A stretch of 64,000 bases of DNA from Rhynchopus sp. YZ270_cl-10 (lineage: Eukaryota), in the NCBI GenBank assembly GCA_964035575.1, contig OZ037843.1, positions 620,001 through 684,000 on the forward strand, written 5' to 3'. Both the position numbers and the translations under genes were made by a program. Each line of letters starts with the position of its first letter. Within the stretch, counting starts at the first letter, position 1. A model generated the notes under the pieces. It worked only from the letters and a program-made list of their open reading frames with translations, did not search any database and was not told the DNA's origin. Of this stretch, positions 50,385 through 61,464 are shown piece after piece.

Positions 50385-51874
50385 TTTCTAGACCGAACTG
50401 TTAACGCACCGATGCCATTGTGCTCTTTTTGCTCACAGTCCATAAAAAGTGAGTTTTTTTTTTATTCTTTTCTTCTTTTCCAAATGTCCACTTTGAGCAC
50501 ACTCATTGGATATTATCATTAAATACGGCTTTTACCCCTACCCAATGAACACGACGCTACATGTCAGAACGACATGCAAAAATGACATATCACATATCTG
50601 ACATTTCAAATGACATGTACACATGTCATTTCCCCCTAAAACACAGAGGGGAAAGTGTGTTCTTGTGTACAGAGAACGACACGTGGTACATGTCAAATGA
50701 CAAGCACCACATGTCATAGTTTTGACCCTGTCAATATGACATGTAGCGTGGTGAACCCTTAATAGAATTGCCACTCCCCCTTGCGCACCCCGACCCCCCC
50801 ACCATTTTTAACCTGTTTTCGTTATATTTTTTTTCCCGTACACTCATGGCTTGCGGAGTATCTTTATAAGTGTTATGGAATTTTGGGCGTTTTTTACCAC
50901 AGCTACATGGTCTTATTCAGAACTGAAGGGCAGTGTTGAAACCAGAAGATTCCAGATGGCGGGTCAGATGTTGTGTCACTTACCCCCAATGACTCAGTAG
51001 ATGAGAGACCAGCACCTTCAGAGCAGTGAACACAACACACCGTGGGTACAAAATTCACGCCAAAAGACCCCACAAGGAGTGCCCAGCGCGGGTTTCTATA
51101 CAATATCACCTTAGCGGTCCTTTGCCCTATCCGCGCCTTTTCTAGGTGTAAAAATCAGATGGGTTGTGGGGAAAAAGGGATAAAATGGGTGGGTTTTGCT
51201 TGTACGGTCCTATACGGTCCTATACGCGCCTATCCGCGCCTTTTCTGCGGGTAAAAAACAGATGGTTCAAATTCAAAATTCAAAATTCAAAAACAAAAGA
51301 TCTTCCGCAAGCCATACACACCTTTCTACTTTATTAAAATATATATAAAAAAAAAGGCTTAATGTTTTTTTGTCCCACAGACATCACTCTCCCCACCTAC
51401 CCCCTCTCATCCCCACCGCCCCCTTGCCGTGCCCTCACACTGAGTTGACGACACTCCCCCTACCTACTCAAAAACCACACCTGTGTATCGCTGGCCCTAT
51501 GTCGGGCTTGGGGTTTACCTATAAGCCATACGATGATTTACTGGCACTGCAATCATCGTATTCCGCCCTTTTTTTATATCAGAGGCGGAGAAGAAAGGTT
51601 ATTTGCGAGTCAGCTGAATGCTGTGCGATAATGAATACAATCCAAGGCAGAGGAGGTCGCCCTTCTTGGTGTGCACGTCGTGCGTGAGGTACTCAATCTT
51701 GCGATTTCCTTTGTCGTCGACGCCTGTGCACCACCCCTCCCAGGTCCGGACGTTGTTGTCTTCTTCGGGGTCGCGCCCAACATCAACATACTGGTGGTAC
51801 ACCCACTGGACCAAGCGATGAGAGGCTCAGGTTCATCTTATAAACTATTCTTCTGTTGTTGTTGTTTTCCTTAT

Positions 51875-51998
51875 CAGAATGTAAACCACGAAAATGGATT
51901 GGAGGACTGCATTGGTTGGGTGTCTCCCGGTACAGCCGGTCATACCAAAAGGTACACTGTTCACGAGAGGGCTTTTGTATTTCAATTCTACTTTTTTT
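51875..51998 (+). promoter_or_regulatory. Conserved upstream cassette, copy H, before the zinc-finger gene
   Basis: Full-length match, about 50 bp before the ATG. Confidence 0.6.
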
Positions 51999-52046
51999 AA
52001 CCACACCCATCACCCACCCACCCCCAGGGCTATGCGGCGGAAATAA

Positions 52047-52835
52047 ATGAAGCCCGCGCCATCCCACAACAAAACCGCCGGCCCTCAGCTCCGCACAAAC
52101 AGCAAACCATGCGAACACAACGACTGGGACAACTTGAGGGTCAAGAAGAGCTTCATGTTTCTGCGATGCCGGCAGTGCGGTGACAAATGGAAGTGTGCAC
52201 TGAGCCTTATCCAACGATGCCAAGAGTTTCCTCGCGGAAATTGCAAACTCGGTAAAGAGTGTACACTCCTGCACGTCCACGTCTACAAGAATGTAACAAA
52301 GGAAACAGCCTACTTCGAGAAATGGGATCTGGGGCCATACGCGCAGGATGCAGTCGCAAATGAGGCGGAAGCCAGCGAAGTGCCTCCACTGGAGGAGAAC
52401 CTCAGCGATGAAGAGACGGAGGCCGTGGTGGGGCCAAGCCCATCTGTGGGGCATGGGGTGCAGAGGGCTGATAGGGTGGTTGCTGCTCGGGGTGGGGGAA
52501 AAGGGGGTGGAGGTGGGGGAAGAGGTGGAGGTGGTGGGCACGCAGCATTGTTCCAAGCAGTGCAGACAGTGCAGATACCGCAGTCACGGTATACAGCGGC
52601 ATATTCAGTGCAGCAGGTACAGCCAGTGGCGCAGTTGCAACAGGTGCAGCAGTTGCAGCAGGTAGCTCACGTGCAGCAGGTGGCGCACGTGGCGCAAGTG
52701 GCGCAAGTAGCGCAAGTGACACCAGTGCACCCCCTCCAATACTTCCAAATGCAGCAGATGCAACTCCAAAACCAGCAACAACAGCTCCAAATCGAGGAGC
52801 TCCAAAACCAGCTCTCAATCTTGCAGAAGAATTGA
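52047..52835 (+). CDS. Zinc-finger protein (CxH…CxxC module plus CCCH finger) with Gly-rich and Gln-rich tail
   Basis: PCEHNDWDNLRVKK…LRCRQC…WK, then CQEFPRGNCKLGKECTLLH (C-x7-C-x5-C-x3-H). Confidence 0.85.
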   Translation: MKPAPSHNKTAGPQLRTNSKPCEHNDWDNLRVKKSFMFLRCRQCGDKWKCALSLIQRCQEFPRGNCKLGKECTLLHVHVYKNVTKETAYFEKWDLGPYAQDAVANEAEASEVPPLEENLSDEETEAVVGPSPSVGHGVQRADRVVAARGGGKGGGGGGRGGGGGHAALFQAVQTVQIPQSRYTAAYSVQQVQPVAQLQQVQQLQQVAHVQQVAHVAQVAQVAQVTPVHPLQYFQMQQMQLQNQQQQLQIEELQNQLSILQKN

Positions 52836-54231
52836 GGGCAAATCTCATTTCTTTAAATCCGGCCCCCCTTTTTTTTTGGCCAAATTCCGAAATATAAAAA
52901 CCCGAAACATTCCCTGCATTTTTTACTACAATTTTAGTTTCCCTGTTCTTGTTTCGAGGGGACAGGTTTTTTTTTATTATTCCAATTTCCAGGAGAGGAT
53001 TTATTTGTGTTTCAAGAGCAAGAAAGAGAGTTCAGGGGCGAGGTTCAGGATATTTTGGAAAAAAAAATAAGCTTGTTTTTATCTTTTGGTGTGGTGCCGT
53101 CTGCTTCGTTGCGACAAAAATATACACCCAAAGGAAGCAACCCCTGATGAGCACTGGCTTAAGCGGCATGTAGTGTGATGTCTACTGCCTGGGAGAGCTT
53201 GTTGTGTTCATCAGCAGTTGCGTACAAGCGTTGTGATAGAGTAGAGGACTGCAGGCCAAGTTTTCCCTCACTCGAAAAAAAAGAAAAAAAAAAAAAAAAA
53301 GTTAGTGGGCCTCGTTCATGCCTACCGCTGGGAGTGGTATACGTATACGGGTTTTGGGATTTCCACTTTTTTTTCCCGTTTTTTTTTCCCGTTTTTCACT
53401 GGTGGGTTTTTGAGTGGGTGGGCCCCACTAAAGTTTTTGTGCGGCACCACTGTGGGTCGCAATCTCTTCGCAGAACCCAAAAAAGGCAGAAAAAGGAAAA
53501 GGGGAAAAAAAAAATCCCCGCCTGCGGCAGGAAATTTCTGCATAGGTTCAACCTTCCTCTTAAGAAACGCTTAGGGCAAACAAACCTTTTTTTATGCGTT
53601 CGCGCCCTGCCTGCGGGAAAAAAGTAGCGTACCGTGCGCCTGCGGCGCAAGCATCCCACCCTTCCCATGACAGCTTGGCTGCAAAAAATATGTAATTCTA
53701 AGCGCAATTTTGGAAATGTTGCGTACCGTGGCTTCGCCAGAAACTTTCGTTTTAGAAAATATGTGAAGTAAAATTTTGACAATAATTTATGGAATCTGGT
53801 ACTCCTGATAACCCCATTTTGCGTACTTGTTGCGTACTTGCTGCGTACTTGTTGCGTACTTGTTGCGTACTTGTTGCGTAGTTGTTGCGTACTTGGTATT
53901 TTTTATTTCAGGAGCACCAGAATCGATTTCTCGCTGCGGGAATTTTCCTGACGAAAATCACCAACGCAGTGCCATTTTCTGCAACATTTTTTAGAAATGT
54001 TGCGTACCGTGGCTTCGACAGGAACTTTTGGTGCCATGACCGGTTCTTTTTTTTCAACCGCGGGTAATAGCTATTTTTTCTCGAGAGAAAAGTCGTTTTT
54101 CTTCACTCTTGTTTTCTTTGCACGCAAAGGAAACACGAGTGAAGGAAAACGGCTGTTCTCGAGGGGAAAACAGTGCTTTGTTACATTTTTCCAGTGTTTG
54201 AATCACAGAAATACACTGTTTTATGGTTTTA

Positions 54232-54665
54232 TACACTGTACACTGTACACTGTACACTGTACACTGTACACTGTACACTGTACACTGTACACTGTACACT
54301 GTACACTGTACACTGTACACTGTACACTGTACACTGTACACTGTACACTGTACACTGTACACTGTACACTGTACACTGTACACTGTACACTGTACACTGT
54401 ACACTGTACACTGTACACTGTACACTGTACACTGTACACTGTACACTGTACACTGTACACTGTACACTGTACACTGTACACTGTACACTGTACACTGTAC
54501 ACTGTACACTGTACACTGTACACTGTACACTGTACACTGTACACTGTACACTGTACACTGTACACTGTACACTGTACACTGTACACACACAGTACACAGT
54601 ACACAGTACACAGTACACAGTACACTGTACACTGTGCACTGTGCACTGTGCACTGTGCACACTGT
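54232..54665. repeat. (TACACTG)n microsatellite, switching to CACAGTA and CACTGTG units at its right end
   Basis: Read directly; about 60 units. Confidence 0.98.
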
Positions 54666-55194
54666 AGTTCCTATCACTTTCTGGTGCCCAGGTATTCTGG
54701 GTACCCAGGCAACATGATAACGAGAAAACACAAAATCCTACACGTAACGAAAATAAGGATTTTACTGGGCAAAAGTAAGGTAAAAATCATAATTTAATCT
54801 GGAAAAACCAGCGCAAAATGCCCACAAAACCACCAAAAAAAAAACGGGAAAAAACTCGGTATACGGACCCGAAAAACCCCGAAAAAAGGCCGGTATACGC
54901 CTGAGGCCTGGCCTCGTTCCTCAGGTTTCTTCGCTCAGCCAAGGTTTCAAAAAAAAAGAGAAAAAAATACAAAGCCTTGTGGAGCACACTCTAGGGTGGC
55001 TATACACTAATACAACCAAGTTCAGAGATTTTTTTGTGGGGGGGTGGGGGGGGGTTCGACCCCCCTTGGGGGGTTTTTCAGACGTGTCCAGGGGGGGTGG
55101 AGAAAAAAAAAATCCGGGGGCCGAAAAATTTCCAGGGGGGGTGGCCCGGCATGCACCCATACTCGCCATGGGCCATATTCAGCCTCGTGCCTCG

Positions 55195-55610
55195 TGAACA
55201 AAGTGACTCCGTGACAGCCAGAACGCGACTCAATTAGTCAAGCGCCGAAGGAAAAGGAAGCATGCAGCATGGCGAAAGACAAAAAGTAGCGTACCGTGCG
55301 CCTGCGGCGCAAGATTGCAACCCACCCTTCCCATGACATAGTTTGGCGGTAAAAATGTGTAATTTTAAGCGCAAATTTTTGAAATGTTGCGTACCGTGGC
55401 TTCGCCAGGAACCTATGGGTGCCATGACCGCCGTTTCTTTTGTAAATGTACTGAGGTTACTGATAATTCGTGTGCCCCGTCTGCCTGGTGTAAATATCAG
55501 GGAAGTGCCGAACTCCGCAGTTGGACAACCACGGAATTCTCACATTCCGCCGGAGGCCCCCAACTTGAGCTAAGGTGGGGACCCGGGCGCGCGAAGCGCG
55601 CCCGGGCTCG
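55195..55610 (+). repeat. Dispersed 400-bp hairpin-rich module (reference copy)
   Basis: Homologous stretches at about 16905-17260, 25330-25680, 34780-34915, 39830-40220, 43555-43765, 53620-53740 and 58950-59115, in both orientations. Confidence 0.85.
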
Positions 55611-56570
55611 GCTGACAAATTTTCGACCCCCCTTGAGGCCTGAAAAACCGGATCGAAAAATAAACTCTGACCAAGTTTTCAAAAAAAAAAAAGGAAAGAG
55701 AAATAAATGGGGGTAAAAAAGCAAGAAAAAAATGAAAACAAAATAAAAGAGAGCGCGTTTATAGGCAAAAAAAATACCCCCTCCGACCTGTTTTTATTAC
55801 TATTGACGTGCTACTCTTCGGAAACTCCCGTTCAGCAATCAAAATCAGGGGGAAAAAGCTTGAGTACTTTTGCTGGTTTCAGAACCAGAAGTTGTTGGCT
55901 TATGTCAAAAAGTGCTCTTTTCAAGCTGCACCCTGATTCAAAAAAATCACCAAAAAAGGGAAAAAGTACAAAGCCTTCAGGCGTTATTGCGTACAGACCA
56001 CCTCGGTTGGTGATTGCCAATGCAACAAAAACAAAATCAAAAAAAAGCAAAAAAAAAAGCGAACTCACTGTAATTTCATTCTTTCTCCTTCCTCTCCCAT
56101 TTCCCTATTTCCCCAGTACGAGTGGCAAGATGATTAATATATAACAGGAACTTTTAAACAATAAAAAAAAGGGAAATTATCCGCCCCCGCAACTGGAAAG
56201 CCCCCCCACACCCCCTCCTTCTCTTTTCACTCCATCTTTCTGACAATGAGTCATCATATTTTTTCCCGCACTTTTTGTTTGTTTGTTTGTTTGTTTTTTT
56301 TTCTTTTTTTGCAGCGAACTGCAGTACCTGTGAGCTCTCGACTCTTCAACGGAAGGTGGGCCGCCGGCTGACGAGCGGTTGTGAACCGCCCTCGTTCCCT
56401 TACGGTACGGGTAGGTTTACTTAGGTTTCCTTTTACATCTTCTTGTTGTTGGCCGCAGGGTATTTGTGCTTTCATCCAGGGCTGGCATCGTACGTGAGTC
56501 AGCGGGAGGTGCCTGCATTAATAAATTCACCTTTTTTTTGCTCGCCGCAATCTCCAGGGTCGTACCTATT

Positions 56571-56610
<40 letters not shown>

Positions 56611-57235
56611 CGGCGCCATCTTTTTTGCTCCGCAAAAAAAGGATTTGTTGAATGACCCTGTGGTGTAATGTATCAAAAAGCAAAAAAGCAAATAGTACAT
56701 TTTTTTAAAGATCGCAAAAAAAAAAGAGCACAAAGCAAAAACAACAACAACAACTATTCAAAGACCCTGTGGTGTAAATGCTGCCTTTCTACACTCTGAG
56801 GTGGGGCAATGATTCAAGCATCTGTGACCTTATTATATATTTTTTTGTCACCTCATGAAATGAAGGAGGAAATAGAAACAAAGCATTTTGAACACACTCG
56901 CAGTTCTAGGGACGAACCGCGCTGCAGAGCCACTCCTCACCAAACAGGTCGAGGTGTGTGCGTTTCACCACAACCTCTCCCATGGGTTTTATCGTGTGAT
57001 GAGTGTTAAGTTTCTATTTTTTTGTACAGATTCTTAGGACTGAAACAGGGTTAATGTCAGAAACCAATCTACCGAAGTTTCAACTTTGTGCACGAAGCAT
57101 TTTACTTTTCTTTTCTACGTTTTTTTTTGAAAAACATACGCCAAAAAAGATGGGAACATTTTTGTTGATCCCCTCCTCATATGCTATCAATTTATTGATT
57201 GCATATGATGAAAGTACAGTATACCTTGATACCTT

Positions 57236-57305
57236 GGTACATCCGGTCATCATGGCCAAGGTTGCACTGTCCACGAGAGGGCTTTTGTATTTCAAGTCAA
57301 CCTTT
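57236..57305 (+). promoter_or_regulatory. Conserved upstream cassette, copy I (3' half, no recognisable gene follows)
   Basis: CCGGTCAT…CCAAGGTTGCACTGTCCACGAGAGGGCTTTTGTATTTCAAGTCAAC. Confidence 0.5.
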
Positions 57306-58304
57306 CCCCCCATCCCTCTCCCCCTTTGTTGTACACTTACTTCATTTCTACGATGTGGGTAGCGTATTCACCTTAGCGACCAAAAAAAAAACCCTCCATC
57401 TTTCGATGAATGGTGAAAGGGGATTGATGCAGCAAACAGTATTCAAAAAACCCAACCTTATTTTTTGTTTGGGACCATTCGGGACCATATATATATATAT
57501 TTTTTTTTTTTTGTGACTAAGTGTAAATATGTGTTCAAGAATTAAACTCTTTCCCCCCAAACCTCCTTTTTCGTCTCTGATTTTCTTTATCCAAACGTCG
57601 AGTGGACGCATAATACCCCCCTATTTGGCTGCGTTCAACGAAAAACACTGTTTTATTGTTATTGTTATCAAGATCAGTAGGCGGATGATATCGTCTAGTT
57701 GTTTAACTTATAAGCGGGTCCAGAGTCTAGGTAATTCCATAAAAAATTCCAGGTATATCTGATCTGCAATTTTTTTTTAGAATTCGGCTTTTTTGTTTTT
57801 GTTTTTTTTTTTTTTTTTTTGAAGTGAACGGGTGCAGGGGGGCTGTTTTACTTAATTCGATTTATTCGTGAGAGTGCAATGAAACAGTGAGCAAGGAAAC
57901 AGTCGTTTCCAGGGTGCGATTTCGCATTTTTGTTTTTGTTTTTGTTTTTTTGTTTTTTTGTGGAAAAAACTGGTGCGATTTCGCACCTGCGAAAGGGTAG
58001 ACACGTGTATAGTGTCGCTCATCCTCGGGTGTCTACACTAATACAGCCAAGTTTTCAAAGATTGCATCTTTGAACAGGTGGAGACATTTTTAGATGTGTG
58101 TGCACAAGAGGCACATTCACCTTGCAAGTTTCCTATGTTGCTGTGCTTCCCCCTCTTCCTCTTCCCCTCTTCCCCTCTTCCCCTCTTCCCCTCTTCGCCT
58201 CTCCCCGAATTCCCTCTTCCCTTGTACCAAACAGATCTGACACCTATTTGGCTGTCTTGGAACAGCCTTCTCCGGGAAAATACAATACAATAAAACACTC
58301 ACTA

Positions 58305-58494
58305 CACCACGGGACCCAGTGACAAGTGACAAGTGAAAATGACAAGTGAGTCACTTGTCATGATAAGTAAATAGCCTATAGCCCAATAGAAAATCACTTG
58401 TCATGACAAGTGACTTTTTTGTCATTTCACTTGTCATAAATATAGGACAAGTGACAAGTGATTCACTTGTCACTTGTCATTGGGTCCCGTGGTG
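58305..58494. mobile_element. Palindromic MITE with TA flanks
   Basis: TA|CACCACGGGACCCAGTGACAAGTGAC … GTCACTTGTCATTGGGTCCCGTGGTG|TA. Confidence 0.82.
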
Positions 58495-58694
58495 TACGGT
58501 AGACGGGGGGGGGGGGGGGGGCGGGGTTTTCACAAAATTTCAATCTTATTCACAACTTTTCACAACTTTCCCCTTGCGTAACTAAACTTTCAGAGGATTA
58601 TTGTTTAGTGCTCAAGTGGTGGTATATTGTCTGGTTTTACATATTTCAAGGTTTATTTTTACCTTTTTTTTTTTTTTTTTAAATAATACTTGCC

Positions 58695-59369
58695 CAGGGC
58701 CTTCAACCATCGACAAAGTCTGTCCACAGTTTTGTCGAAGTTTTAAAAAAAAAAAAAAATTGACCTCCCCGAGCCCGCGCGCGCTTCGCGCGCGCGGGTG
58801 CAGCAAATCACAGGGAGAAGCTCTCAGGAGTTTATACAGGCTTTGGTCGTTTTTGAAAACTCGGTCAACCAAAAAACTCCGCCTGTCCCACACACGTGTG
58901 CTTTGTAGCCACTGGTGACCCACAAGCCGTAGTGGGTATCACACCAGTCTTATCAGTAAGCTCAGTACATTTATAACAACAAAGGTCCCTGGCGAAGCCA
59001 CGGTACGCAACATTTCAAATATTGCGCATACCATGACGCTTTATTTACAGCCAAACTATGTCATGGGAAGGGTGGGATGCCTGCTTGCGCCGCAGGCGCA
59101 CGGTACGCTACTTTTGCCTGGCTCACTCCTCGTTGGGTTCTACGAGCTCTGTCCAAATGGTCACAGTGGATCACAGGAGAATGTTAAAGTTAAAACCCTG
59201 AACCGAGTTTCTCCCATGGACTACCCTGCGACTCGGTCAGAGATAAAAGGATTTTGCCAAAATCCCATTTTTTTTTTTTTTTTTAGATTTGTCGAACTTC
59301 GACAAAAAAAAAACCAAAAAAAAAAAGTTGTCGAAGTTAAGGCTTAACTTCGACACGTTGAAGGCCCTG
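58695..59369. mobile_element. hAT-type MITE
   Basis: TIR CAGGGCCTTCAAC / GTTGAAGGCCCTG with 8-bp TSD TACTTGCC. Confidence 0.9.
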
Positions 59370-59937
59370 TACTTGCCCCCCAAAAAAAAAACTGAGGGCC
59401 TGTACCTCACTTCTGTGTACTGTGGCAGCTCCAGGAAGTTAGAGGGGATATTATGGTAGTGACTAACGTGATAACCTGAGGGCTGTTTGTGTCATGTACA
59501 CAAAAACAGTGTTGATAAACCAGTCAAGTCAAATGCACTAATATTCTTCTCTCTTTATGTATTTGATTGATGCAAGCAAAAGTCAGGCAATGGGGGTGTC
59601 AGGTATTGAGAGAAAAGTAAGGACAAATACTGTAACGTAAGGACACCACTAAGCGGTGCAACAGGCAACGGAGATTGTCCTTGCGCATGAACGAGGGGAG
59701 GGAAAGGGAAACTAAGGCATAGGTCTTATGACATCCATTTGCACGCGTTTCGAAGAATTTTTCGTTAATTGCAAAAAAAAAAAAAAAAAAAAACAAAATA
59801 GTAAAAAAAAAAATGCATGTCAGACCATTACTTAGTATGTTACCCGGGAAACATGGTCACTGTGTATGAGGATCACCCAGTTATATATTTTTCCCCCTTC
59901 TTTTTCTTCTTTTTTTTTTTTTTTTTTTTGTACAGAA

Positions 59938-60761
59938 CACGTATGGCAAATGATAATATATTATGCGCTATTATGAGATCTCATAATACATGTGATATTA
60001 TGCGCTATTATGTGCTATTATGCGCTATTATGCGCCAATTATGCGGCGTTATGCGCTCATTATGTGCCGTACCCCCCACCCCCCCACCCAAAAAAAGTCG
60101 CTCAGAAGTGGTCAAAAGTGCCCAAAACCGGGCGGAATTCGATTTTGGGGTACAAATGGGCCTATGGTGTGGTTTTTATTGACTTCAGGGGGGTTTCTTT
60201 GATTTATTACCTACTTCACGTTTTTTGACGGCTTAAGATACCTTGGGTGGGAAAACCTTTGGTACCAGGTGCTTGACACTTTTTGAAACATGGTTCTAAG
60301 TTCCACCAAGTCCCTCTAAACACCCCGAAACCGCCTGGGTACCCCTCGGGATAGGTTCTGGGGTGAAAATATGTGGCTTTGGGGGCTTTTCTGGCCCCTG
60401 GCTCACACTGAGGCGTGATGAATGTGTGAGTTGCTCTATCTACGAGGGGTGGGCAGGTACAAGTTGTATGTACATTTTTGAAAAAAGCAGATACGGGGCT
60501 TCTTGAGGCTCAAAACTGCTCAAAACCGGGCGCAGATGGATTTTTGGACATCTGAGGGTGGTATTTTCTGGTTTGGGGCATTGGGGTAGGGCACATAATG
60601 AGCACATAATGAGCACATAATAGCGCATAATCATTATGCGCTATTATGTGCTATTATGCGCTATTATGCATTATGCGATTATTATGAGCGCGCATAATAG
60701 CGCATAATGATCTCATAATTTATTATGAGATCTCATAATAAATTATCATTTGCCATACGTG
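59938..60761. mobile_element. MITE with CAC…GTG termini and 6-bp TSD
   Basis: 28-bp TIR CACGTATGGCAAATGATAAT(A/T)TATTATG, TSD ACAGAA, and ATTATGCGCT decamer arrays. Confidence 0.88.
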
Positions 60762-61166
60762 ACAGAACCATGTGTCTTTTATCCTCTATTGTAAACCAAA
60801 TTAAAGTCATTTTTTCAGAACCAAAAATTCCTTTTAAAAAAAGGAGGGGGGGAAGTGCGGGGTGTTCCCCCACTCACGTGCTTTCCCCCCTCCACACCAC
60901 ACAACAAAAAACCTTTTTTACTTTTTGCCCCCTTTTTTTTAAACATTTTTTACAATCCCCCTTTCACCACACTTCATCTTTTACCACAAGGGCGGCCTCA
61001 AAAACCGGTAAGGGTGGGCCAACTTTTTTTTATGGTCGGTGGTTGCGTGCTAGTTCTTTTTTAGATTCTGGGGAAAAAAAGTTTGGTAGAAAAAAAAAGT
61101 TTGGTGTACAAAACCTTACTGGGTCCGAAGGAGAATTTCCCACTAATTTTTGACCACAAAAAAAAA

Positions 61167-61464
61167 CAGGCACTCCGCTAGGTACTAAAGTTCTGTTGAT
61201 TGTCAACAGAACTTTTTGAAAATGGGGAAAAAAAGAAAAAAAAAAAAAGTTCTGCTAAGTGGTTCAGACCCGTTCTACCTGTCAAAAAAGCTCAGGAGAA
61301 GAAGATATGGAGAGGTGAGTGCTCAAACGTCCCAAAAAAGTCAAAATCGGGCGTTGGTAAAAAAAAAAGTTGCGTACCGTGCGCCTGCGGCGCAAGCATG
61401 TACCCCACCAACGTGGACCATCAACAGAATATTTTCAAAATCGGAAATCCTAGCGGAGAGCCTG
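61167..61464 (-). mobile_element. hAT-type MITE, inverted near-identical copy of 49335-49632
   Basis: Same TIRs and interior; flanked by A8 on both sides. Confidence 0.9.
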
